A stretch of DNA of 64,000 nt from Podarcis gaigeae (Eukaryota), in assembly GCA_964106915.2 (NCBI GenBank), contig OZ066914.1; one strand, 5' to 3'. Shown one piece after another: positions 40,930 through 53,049 of this stretch; positions within the stretch are counted from its first letter, which is position 1, and every line of letters begins with the position of its first letter. Under the pieces are notes generated by a model that was given only the letters and a program-made list of their open reading frames with translations, ran no database searches and was not told where the DNA came from. Made by a program: the position numbers and the translations under genes.

Positions 40930-40990
40930 AGAATTAAAGAATTGTAAGGTTGGATGGGACCACGACTATCATCTAGCCCAGCCCCTGCTA
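40930..40990 (-). mobile_element. CR1 3'-terminal remnant
   Basis: agaattgtaaggttggatgggacc...tcatctagcccagcccct. Confidence 0.55.
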
Positions 40991-42374
40991 GGCAGCTCTT
41001 ACTTTGCCTCAGTGGCATATTATCCCCTTAAATCTATATTAAAAAAAAAAATCGCTGTGTTTTCCATTTAATTAGTGACAGCCATTTTCAAGCTGGTATC
41101 CTAACCATATTCTGGTCTAGGGATTTACCCTCGAGCCTCACGGAGCAGGATCGCGCTGCATTGATTGAAAGGCAAAGCTCTCCTGATGAAACCAATGGCC
41201 TTCAAAGTGTTTAACTAAGCCTGGATTTTTAAAATCCGTCTCTCTCTCGCTCTCTTTTCAAATAAAAAAAAAGTGTGTTTTAGAACATCTTTCCTCTGAT
41301 TCTAGCAGCATGTTAATTTATTCCTACGAAATCCAGGTAATTACTTGTGACAACCGTCTTATTATCACAGGAGAGAGCTCCGTGTGAAAGAAAAATATTC
41401 AAAAATACCGAAGGAACACAAGCCTGAAGAAAGCGACGGTGCAGGGAGGAGAGAGGTTGAGGTGGGGGCTTTGGAGAATGTCGCTCTGACTGGAGATGGA
41501 TGCCTCGTGCGCGGCTTGTCTCTGATAATCTCCCCCGCATGCACTTGCGTGCAGATAAAATATTTATTTACCAAAGAGCCCGTAAACATCAAGGCAAATA
41601 CATTAAGGCACTTCAAGCTTATGATTATTTCAAAACTGAAAGGAAATAATACTTTGGATGAATATGGATGGAGTAAAAGAGAAGGGGTGTTGTTTTCCCC
41701 CGTTCCCTTTCTACCACCCAGGGTTGTAGTTACTTTTCTATGCTGGGAGCTGGTGTTTGTTTTGGACACGGGAGGGGCAGGGACGGAATTAGAGGGAAAT
41801 AATAATAACTATTATTATTATTATTATTTCCATGAGGGCAGTCCGGGATGAAGCTGACCCTGGCGCGTCCTGATATCATCGCGTACTATATTTTAGTGGC
41901 GCTTTTCTCGCGTGGTCAATTCGTGTTAATAGTTGAGAGTGAAGGAGGGTGGCCTGTCCAATCGCTGCACCTGAAGAGGTGGGGCCTCTGTCCAGTCTCA
42001 TCCTGGGCTGGCTCTGGGCTCTGGGTCGCCTGCTTCGGATGCCAAAAAAGGGAGCCAAAACTTGCGGTGGAAACACATTGTTAGGAGTCAGGACATCGCG
42101 GGTGGGCGCTTGGACCCCTGGCCTGTATGGCGTCAGGTGGGGACTGATCCTAAAGCCCAAATTCTCTCCCTCTCTCTCTCTCCTCCTTAAGGTGCTCTTG
42201 AGTTTCTTTTCCCTCCTCCTCCCCCAACAAAAAAGGTCACACAGTTATGACAAACACAACCTCTCACCACAGCCTTCCTATCCCCTTCCCACCCCCACAA
42301 TCATATTAATAATATTTATTTTATTTTATTTTTAAAAGTCTCTCTCCATCCATTTGCCTTGCTCGTCGCGACCG

Positions 42375-42530
42375 GGAGCCAGGTGATTATCCTAATTAAT
42401 GTCTATCTAATTAAATTACAGTCAGCGGTGAACCAATGGCAGGAGCCGTTTCATGCGCTCCGCAAGCAGGGAGATCAAAAGTGTGGCTTGGCTGATTGCT
42501 GCGCGGTGTCAATTGGCCAATCTCTCCTCC
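42375..42530 (+). promoter_or_regulatory. TBR1 proximal promoter / 5' leader conserved block
   Basis: TAATTAAT and TAATTAAATTA homeobox-type motifs, CCAAT at 42433 and ATTGGCCAAT at 42512; closely resembles the human TBR1 leader as I recall it. Confidence 0.75.
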
Positions 42531-42827
42531 CGGGGAGAAATCCGGGAGAAGGAGAAGAAGAAGGAGAAGAGGAAGAAGGAGGGAGCGTGTGGTGGTGGGG
42601 GCCCCGAGAAAAGAGACTGCAATCGTGGCTTCAGTTTGGGACCAGCCTTGGGTGGTGGGAGAAGCGTCTCTGGATACCTCGCCGAGGAGGGGCCCCAGGA
42701 TGAGGGCCCGGCGGTGGTGGCCTTAAGAAAGCAAAGAAAAAACCCAAGCACCACCGCCAGGGCTTGCTTTTTTGGGGGGGGGGGGAGGCGGGCAGGCAAA
42801 TCGAGAGCGCGGGCTGGGTCTGGAGCG

Positions 42828-43720
42828 ATGCAGCTGGAGCATTGTCTGTCGCCTCCGTCGATGATGCTCTCCAAGAAATTTCTCCATGTGAGCGGCGGCG
42901 GCGGCGCTTACGCGTCGGGCGGATCCGAGCTTGCCTTGCACGAGCATCCTCACCATCACCATCCGCACCACCACCATCCCGCCGCCGCCGCCATCCTGTC
43001 GTCGAGCGCTGACAACCTGGAGAGGAGTTCACCTCTGAAAAAACTCGCCAGGGGGGGGATGACGAATCAGGCCGAGGCAGACAATTTCTCTGACTCCAAA
43101 GACCCGCCAGGGGACGCGCAACAGCAGCCACCGCCACAGCAGCCTCAGCCTCCGCAGCAGCAGCAACAGCGCGCCAAACTCTCGCCCGTCGTCTTGGACG
43201 GCGGCGGCGGTGGCGCCGCGGAGCAGTTGCGCCCCTCCTTCGATGGAGCGGCCGCGGCTGCGGCAGCGGCAGCAGCAGCAGCAGCAGCGGCGGCGGCGGC
43301 CGCGGCCGATCGCTACCTGCTCTCGTCGCCCGCGGCCGCAGCCGCGTCCAGCGCGCCTCCGGCCGCCGCGTCGGCTCCCCCGACGGCCGCCAGCATGTTC
43401 CCCTACCCGGGCCAGCACAACCCGCACGCGGCCGCCTTCTCCATCGCCAGCCCCAGCCGATACATGGCGCACCACCCGGTCATCGCCAACGGAGCCTACA
43501 ACAGCCTGCTGTCCAACTCGGCCCCGCAGGGCTACCCGGCCGCCGGCTACCCTTACCCTCAGCAGTACGGCCCCTCGTACCAGGGCTCTCCCTTCTATCA
43601 GTTCCCCTCGGCGCAAGCCGGGCTTGTCCCGGGAAAGGCGCAGGTCTACCTATGCAACAGGCCGCTCTGGCTGAAGTTCCACCGGCACCAGACCGAGATG
43701 ATCATAACCAAGCAAGGCAG
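42828..43720 (+). CDS. TBR1: TBR1 coding exon 1 (MQLEHCLS...EMIITKQGR)
   Basis: ATG at 42828 (gcgATGc), gtaagc donor; T-box start [19 protein letters not shown]. Confidence 0.96.
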
Positions 43721-44202
43721 GTAAGCGGCGGCGGCGCCCGGAGGAGAGCGGGAGCGGCGGGATGGGGTGGCGAGGGTGGGAAAGAAATACCAGCGAGGCG
43801 CACGCCAAAGGCGGCGGGGAGGGTGGAAGGTGGAATAAAAGACGCAAAGGCAAAAACCAAAACAACCCCTTCGAACTCCAAGAACCTTTCCGCTGGAAGA
43901 GCTTCCTTCGCTCCAACCGACTTTCCTTCCTTCTTTGGGGTTTGCTCAAAACTTTTCTTGTTCTTCTTTACGCACACGCCTTCTCCGTTTTTCTTTCCTT
44001 TTGGACAACGCACCGAATACCAGGAATTCGTCGAGGAGTTCACACCGGCAGCTTTTCCTTTTTTTCTTTTTAAGGCAGAAAACAAAAAAGAAGTGACCTC
44101 CTTCTTACTTTCTTTTTTTTTATACCTTCGGGGCGCTTCTTATTTTAGTACGCACCTTTTATCGTGCAGACCTCAATTGGTTTCTCCATCGCTACAAAAA
44201 TC

Positions 44203-44251
<49 letters not shown>
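44203..44251. repeat. (TAT)n microsatellite in TBR1 intron 1
   Basis: Directly visible. Confidence 0.95.
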
Positions 44252-44252
<1 letters not shown>

Positions 44253-44964
44253 GTAGTCTTCATTCTACTTCATTTTTTAGCGGGCGCTGCGCTCCGCTGC
44301 CGCTCCTTTCCTCGCTTTTCTCTGGCGACCTGAGAAGCGGCTTGTGCCAAAGAGCGGCTTCTGCCTTAGGGAGCCCCGGAGCCCGGTGGCCAGCAGTTTA
44401 AGACAGGAGCAGGACATTTTGCAACCGGGATCGCGCTCGACCGGTTGCATATTTTCCCCGCGCTCCGTCCAGATCAGAAACAGCACGGCCTGAAAGTAAG
44501 CTTCACTGAAATCACCGGGATTTGTTTCCGAGGAAATCTATTTCGAAACAAGGGTAGCTACTATTTATTCAAGCCATCGCGGTTCGGACCAGAGTCTGAC
44601 TGCCTGGTGGCAACCCTGTTTCCTCGGAAGGAGGTCTCGTCCATTTCAGCCGGGTTTACTTGGAAGCGTGCGCTTTAGCCTTGTGGCTTAGGAAGAAATA
44701 TGCAGGAAGCTGTTATTGCCTTGGGCGCACGATCCGAGAGAGGGAGAGAGAAAAGATGGCAAATGTGCTCATTCAAAACTGAGGTTCCGTCCCGGTCCGA
44801 TTAGGTCCGTTTAGCTACCATGAGGAAACTACAGTCTGCAACTCCCTAAAGCGGAGAGCAAGATCGACGCTGGCTTGGAAGAAGTCTAGTGGGAGGTGTG
44901 CGTGCTAGGGCATCCAAATGTATTTTTAAAATATGGTTACTGTGATTATTTTTCCTCCATGTAA

Positions 44965-45165
<201 letters not shown>

Positions 45166-45355
45166 TAACACGTTCGCTCCCCCCGTCTCTCTCTTCTCCC
45201 TCTCCGCATCCACACGCGCGCACGTCGCTTAGGTGAGAAGGCTTAATTGGAGCCTGGCTGGACTGCCTTAGACCGAGGAAGCGACGCCAAGGAGGGCGGG
45301 TGGGGTGGGGGACCTGGAAAGCCTGGTGAGGAAAGACAGAGTGGATTTATTCTCG

Positions 45356-45359
<4 letters not shown>

Positions 45360-45390
<31 letters not shown>
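45360..45390. repeat. (GT)n microsatellite in TBR1 intron 2
   Basis: Directly visible. Confidence 0.95.
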
Positions 45391-45393
<3 letters not shown>

Positions 45394-45475
45394 ATGGCTA
45401 TTTTAATCCTTCCCCGCGTTGAGATTTATAAAATCAAATAAAGATGAAACGAAGGGGAGTCGCCGCGGCTCCTGA

Positions 45476-45808
<333 letters not shown>

Positions 45809-46354
45809 TGATTTCTTTTATCCCTTTGCAACCTCGCCCCATGCCGATCTGCAGCTCTGACTTGGGACTGCCTTAGAACCCGATCGACTTCTAGCTTGTG
45901 GATCCTAAGGGATCTCCACCAACACCTTCATTCGCTTTCCAATTGAGCCACCTCACCCACACCTTAAGGGCGGAGGATCATAGCATCCCCGCACCTTCGC
46001 CCAATTTCCCCGCTTTTGTAACGGAAGCCGAGTAAGAGCTGATCTGGTTTCAGTTTCAAAAGAACTGAGCGGATCCACCGAGCCACCGCGAGGGAAAGGA
46101 AAAGGCAAATAGGCGGGATCAGGGAGAACAAAGAGGGGTATTGGGAAAGGCGAAGGAATCCGCGGTGGATCTCCGAAGGTGAGCTGGGTAGGTGCGCGAA
46201 ATTACTAGTGCGATTGGGTGGGGGGGGGGTGAGCGGGAAAGAAAGATTTCGGATCAAAGCTTGCTCCTACACTGCTGGCTCCCAGACGCTGCAAGAAGGC
46301 TATCGATCCTGGTGGATCTTGCTTCCTTTTTCTGGTTCCTCTTATTTCCCTTAA

Positions 46355-46711
<357 letters not shown>

Positions 46712-47087
46712 TAGCTGAGCTCAGATATTGTGTCCCTAACTCTGAAGAGCATCTTCAGAGATTGCAGGGCAGCCAGTTCCGCGATTTTCAAATATATATA
46801 TTATTTTAAAACGCTAAAAATCTTCCCTCGTCCCAAAGTAGGGAGAATAATTAGATGTTCCAAGGAAGTAAAACATACAAACAAACAAACATCAGCTTCA
46901 AGAGACTAAAAACAGATTTCAGCGTTTGTCTCCCTGCATTGGCCACTTGATAAGTATTATGGCAATTCTTGTATGTACAGTTTTAAGACAGAAACACACA
47001 TTTGAACTGGCTTTGCCCGTGTCTGTATGCGTAAGAGAAAGCGGTAGGTGTCATGTTGCTGGGGCGCTTTAGTAAACAGCTTTCATT

Positions 47088-47375
47088 AGGCTGCAGTCCA
47101 ACCCCCACTTCCTTGCGATGAAGCCCCATTGTACTCAATGGAACTTGCTTCTGAGTAGACGCGGCTAGGAGGCCGCTGTTCGCGCGTCCACCAGCTCTGC
47201 TTGAATGGCTCGGGTTTTTGTTTTCATCTACATCTCGTGCCAGTCTGTTGGGTCCTGGCGCTGTAAATAAAGCACGTGGCTCGAAGTGAGCTGCCTTTGC
47301 AGCCCGATCCTGAGCCGAGTTTACTGGGAAGTCGGTCCCCCTGAGTTCAGCGGGGCCCTTCTTGAAGTGAGGGAG
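47088..47375. mobile_element. Two degenerate ~90-bp palindromic MITE-like copies in TBR1 intron 4
   Basis: gccccattgtactcaatggaacttgcttctgagtagac and gtccccctgagttcagcggggc cores. Confidence 0.55.
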
Positions 47376-47662
47376 CCCCCATCCGCGCGCGAAGATAAGT
47401 TATTTGAACTGCTGGATCACACCGGTTGAAAAAAAAAGGAAGTGTAGCGTTTCTAAACTGAGTTGCAAAAATAACTGCATTTGAAAGTTGATTTAGAACA
47501 TTTTAGCCCCTCAGGGTAATGAAATTCATCGGTGGGAGGATATGTACGTGGGTTGGCGTGTTCTGTAGTGCTGCTGATACTATATTATTGCTATGACTAT
47601 TATTCCCGTTCCTGTTAGGGTGGCAATCCCAAAATGAAACAACAGAATCCCCGCTTTAAATG

Positions 47663-47861
<199 letters not shown>

Positions 47862-50800
47862 TAAGTCAACTGTGGACTTGAGTCTTTTTATTCTCTGCTG
47901 GCTAGTAGTAGGAAAATGTTTAGATCGGGGTAGCCTTCTTCACCTCCCTTGAAAAGAACGGCTCCGTTAAATGTTCGTTGCCTTTTTCCGGCTTCCCCAA
48001 AGAGGAACTAACCCTGGGCTCCTGGAATCCACTCTGTTTCTCTCCCCCACCCCCTTTGGCGAGGCTGCTATATAACTAGGACTTTGGGAGTCTTCCGCAC
48101 CCCTAGCAGGCGCTGGCAGAGTAGGTCGTGCGAATGATGCTCCCAGAAGTGCGCGCAGGTGGGCACACGCAGTTTGGTCGTCCAGCTCATATTTTGGTGC
48201 AAGACGAAGGGGGGGGGGGAGGAGAGGAGTAGGGAGTGCAGGCTCATCTCCTTTGCTTACCCGATTCCCAATTGTAACAGTTGCACTTTGGGAGGCGTGA
48301 CTTCAGTTCTGTGGGTTTACTCGCAGGAGGGTGCGCTGTGCCTATTGACACAAGACTTGTGAAAGAAGGGACAGGTTACTTGTGCGAAGAAATGGCCCTT
48401 TAAACGACCCCGAATGCTTTGTGTTAGAAATAAATATTGACCTAACTACCTTCGTATCCCGCTCTTCCTCCAATCGCATAACAACCTTGTGAAGCAGGTT
48501 AGGCAAAGGAGATCACGAGAGGGGGCCCGGAGATCTTAGGGAATTCACCGGCTCTGCGTGATCCTAAAGTCTGACTTCAGCCAAATGCAGTGATCGCAAG
48601 CTTCCTTTCTAGAGAATAAGTCAATCAAATGGGACTTACTTAGAATCGAAGTAAACGCGCTTGCAGGCGCGCTTTTAAAACCCGAAAAGTTATCACCTGT
48701 CTTTAAAACAACACCCCCATCCTCTGACACTCCTTGGATTTTGCTGTCTAAAACAGCTGACTGTAGTCATTGCTTTGAGATTTGGCTGATAGCGGAGTGC
48801 CCCTTGTACAGACAAATCGATCAGGTGTGCGACGTATTCATTTCCAAACAAAAGGAGAGGATAAGGAAAGTTCGGCAGACCCAGTACTAGAATTTTATCT
48901 AATAAGAAGTTTGCCAAGCAAGACGGTCCCTACTTCCCCCACCCCCACCTAACTATAAGTAAAAAGAAAAGGAGTGTTAACAAAAGCGATAGAAGAAATG
49001 GCTACAAAATAGGTGATGCGCTTAGCCAGGTTTCGAGTTACCCAGAATTTCTCAGCCGGCGGCCCTGAAGAATAGCTTTAGAGTTCGCCTGTTCCCATAG
49101 GGACAAAGGCTGCCCCCGGGAGAAGACCTTCGGCTGATGTTTGCTTGTCTCTGTTCCTAGAGCCACCAATTATCCCCAGTTTTGCCTCAAATTGTGAGAT
49201 GTGCTTTTTTAGACTTTTCGCAAAACTGTTGGTGACTTCCCAGGCGCCCTGATTTCACCTCTAGGCTTCGCATCAGCGAAATCGATTTTAGAAACAACCT
49301 GACTCTTTGCTGCTTCCTGTGACCCCCTCCTCCCCTCTCCAAAAACAGCACCCCCCTTCCTCAAGATCCTGACTCATCCTTGACCTTCCTCCTCTGTCGG
49401 GAAAACACCAACCACACGCAGATCTGTGGACTGGTGTTGGTAAAGGGGGCAATGTTGCGAGAGGGGCTGCCATTGCCATTAGACCTTTGGGAAAGGAAAA
49501 GCACCATCTGTGCTGGGAGAAGGCCGTCTGGGGCTGATGCTGGGGACCCAAGAAGACCCCGTAAGACCAGCAGCGCAGCCCCATGTGTGCGCGCGTGCGT
49601 GTTACTCGGAAGTAATTCCCGCTGTGCGCAGTGGGGTTTCTCCCAGGTAAACATGCAGAAGATGGCAGGCTGATGGAGGCTAGTCACCAGGTGGCCCCGA
49701 GGTCCTCAGGGCTGTAGAGGAAAAAGTATGCTGACCCTGCCTGTGCTCCTTGGGCCTGGCTTTTGGAAAGGTTTATCTAGCCTTCCAGACATGTGTTGGA
49801 GAAATGTGCCTTGCCTGGGGCCTGAAGGGACCCTTTCCTCGGCTTCTTCGTCCTGCTTCAGTGGCGATTTAGAAGCAACCTTTTTAGCTCGCAATCCACA
49901 AACAGCTTCCAAGAGGGAGTGCAAATCCGGAAGCGTAAAGTCAATGGGGGAGCTAGCACAGGGCAAGCAACACTGAAGTCACTCTCCAAGGTACTGAAAT
50001 TTGTTGGAAACAGATGCGGCACCGCTCCTTTCTGAGCGGAGCAGGAAGTTTCCTAAAGCCCAAATCTGACCTAGAATGTACAAACAGTTCCCTACATATG
50101 GTGAAGGGTATTTGCCACTAAAGGCTTTATTTCCCCTTTCTCCAGGCGCGCAATAGCAATTTCCCGCAGCGGCAGAGGACAACTATTCCTTAACACGCTC
50201 CAGCCACCCCGCTCTCTCCTCTCCTCCAGCTTACAATGCAGGATTTATTTCGAAAGTTCCTAGAGATTTAAATCTATGCGTAATGTAAACAGCCTCGACC
50301 GCAAGGTCATCCAAAGAAACAGGTGGCAAGTTAGCAAGAGTTAATCAGTGCGGGCCCTTCCTTCAATTACGGCGACAGAGTCGTGCACAAAGCCATCATA
50401 CAGGCGCAACAGCAGCGCGCGGAACTCGGTTCTTGCTGGCTTCCCGCGCTATAGATCTCCTCGTTTTCCATTGCGCGGCGATCCACCGTTTCTTATTAGC
50501 AACCTCGGGAAGAAAATAAAAGGGTGTGATCGTGTGCCTGCCCCCTCAGATGATCGGAGCGGTTGCAATTGAACGCCGCCTGGCTGGTCTCTGCTCGCAC
50601 AGCCGCTGGCGCTTAGCTCGTTAAGCAGCCTATTCAGGGAACCGCTCAGAGGCTGCCTCGCCTGCTGTTTGCTACAAATGGCCCCGGAGTACCTGTTGCG
50701 TGTATTTGGGCCTGCGTCGATTTACCCCACTGGCAGGCTTATTCTTGCAGGACGGGTGGGGTGCCTTGTTTAAAATAAAATGAAAAACCAGTCTTAACCT

Positions 50801-51562
50801 TTTGCACGCTGTTGGTTTCCTTTTTATGGTAATAAATAAATCTGGCCAGGGGAAAAAAAAAAGCCCAGTCTAGTTCTCCCCACCCCACCCGCCCTCTTTA
50901 AAAAAGGACGCCTTTTAAATCAAAAGTCGTACGTGTACTTTAGTGAATCTGACGTAATCCAATGTTTCCTTGTCTGGGTTAGTTATCAAGCAGACGAGGA
51001 CTCAGTTGATTGGATTCTGGGCTCCAAGCCAGGCAGCGATCCTCTTCCTCTCTGGATCTCCAGGTGCGCTGCCTTGTCTGAAGCTCTAGGCTTCTCCTTA
51101 TCCACGGGGCTCCGTTGATTTAAGGGGTTAGGAATGCTGCCTTTTCGTGGGGTGGTTCCAGGTTATTTTAAGGGTTCTGGGCCCCTTGGGTTTTGTTTAG
51201 TTTCTTGGATCCAAGGGGCAGAAATGTAGCCTTCCCTTGTGCTATTTTCTCTCCGCGAAATAACCCCACTGGATCCCCTCTCCCATACATTTGACTGTCT
51301 AGTGAAGTTGCAGGGACGTCCTGAAATACCGTTTTCTGGAAAGGGAGATTCCTTGCACTGTATAAAATTGTGTTTTGCAGTTAAAAAAAAATTCCCATCG
51401 TGATTTGAAGCTTGTAGCTCTTTCGAATGAGAATTGTGATTATCTAGAGTAAACAGCCCACCCCCCTTAAGAGTAATCTGGTCACGTCATTTATCTAGTC
51501 CCTTCTGACCCTGCAGTTTTCAGCACTGACTCTTCCTGGGCTCCTCTGTCCAGCTGTTGCTT

Positions 51563-51640
51563 ACTGCAATCCTCAGAACTAAATCCCGTTGAGGTCAATG
51601 GGGACTTGTTTCTCTACTACCCGTGTTTAGGATTGCAGCT
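51563..51640. mobile_element. ~80-bp palindromic MITE-like copy
   Basis: ctgcaatcct...aggattgcag terminal inverted repeats. Confidence 0.6.
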
Positions 51641-52585
51641 TCAGGTTCTCGAATCAAAGGTTTTTGGATTGTTCATTTCATGGATCCTCTGTATTATGAC
51701 TATAATAGAATAGAAAACTAGGTGCTTTCTTAGAGTTCGTGTAGTCGATGCCTCCTTACTATAATCTCCTGGACCTCGCAAGAATATTGCTCTACCCCAA
51801 GCCAATGGTTATAGAACTACTGCTCCTGGATACCTCCTGAGATTTAATCTCTGGTCTCCTTGATTCCCAAGGACACATATTTTGTTCTGCCGATACCTCG
51901 CTCAGAGCCTTAGACTTGTCAAGAGTCTAGAGACAAGAGGCCCTAGAGAGGCCCTTATCCAAGGTCCTGAAGATATTGCAGTCTTATTCTCCCTTATTTG
52001 TGGTCCTTATCTGCGTAGGACAGCCACTTCCAGATGCTTTGGACTACAACTCTCATCAGCCCTAGGCTGAGGAAGACTGCCCTAGGAATTATAGCGGTGA
52101 ACTCCCCCGTCCTTCCCAAGACCCTCCTATTATCTCCAGCCCAACAATCATTTACAGGAAATTTGGGGAGTGGCGACCCAATCATTCCAAGATCTGTCCA
52201 TTGTATTTATTTCTTTTTGGAACCCAACGGTTCTTAACTGGTCCGAATTCTTCATTTTAGAGCAGAATCTGGTGTTTGACTTTTTATAACTTAAGAAAGC
52301 TCCTGAGCTGCAGTCCCACATATTTTCTTTTTCTTTTTAAGCCAGATGAGATGAGAAGAAATGAGCGTTACCCCCCCCCCCATTTACTGCTGTGGGACAG
52401 AGGTTGATTGTCCTCCCCTTGTTAAAAGGGAGGAGTGTGGCAACCCTAGCACAAAGCCCGCCTGGGAAGTCAGGTTGTCACCTAGCTGCTCTTCTCCTTT
52501 ATGTGCGTGGTGGGGGTGCGGCTGCAGAGAAACTTGACGCATGCTCAGATGCCTTGACGACTTGATTTACGAGATTAACTTAATC

Positions 52586-52712
52586 CAGGGATTGGAAACC
52601 TGTGAAACCCCCCCCCCCCCCAATTTTCATCAGTGCTGACCAATGGCCATGCTGGCTGGGACTGATAGGAATTGGGAGTCTTGGAGCACCTGAAGGGCTG
52701 CTACCTCCCTAA
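52586..52712. mobile_element. hAT/Charlie-like MITE remnant
   Basis: cagggattggaaacctgtg start; catcag...ggccatgctggctgggactgataggaattg body; related pieces at about 52020-52065 and 38020-38130. Confidence 0.5.
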
Positions 52713-53049
52713 CTACAGGAGGGACACTAGAATCCCATAGGTTGAACACTAGTCATGCATACGATGCTGATCATTAAGACTTCAGAGAGGCCTGCAAACG
52801 CCCCCCCCCTTTAACCACCACAACCCCGTGAGGTAGGCCAGAGGTGCCACGACAGGCATAGGAGCCAAATCCTAGGAGCTGAGGGGTCTTCACCCCCCAA
52901 AAAATTTATTTGCGGGGGCATGCACCATGTTCACATGATCGATTATGCAGGGCCCTCAATATTTTATTCAAGTTGGTACCCCTGACGACAGTGACGCCCA
53001 GGGAGTTGAGCAAGGATTTGAGCCCCGAAGCGGCTCTCTTGACGTTGTT

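Larger units (their letters stand above)
41850..43830. other. CpG island over TBR1 promoter and exon 1
   Basis: Visibly high GC and CpG density compared with the CpG-poor PSMD14 introns; boundaries approximate. Confidence 0.8.

Noticed and set aside
42509-44401. Multiple overlapping and antisense ORFs around TBR1 exon 1 and intron 1
   Set aside because: CpG-island stop-codon depletion; one runs through a (TAT)n microsatellite
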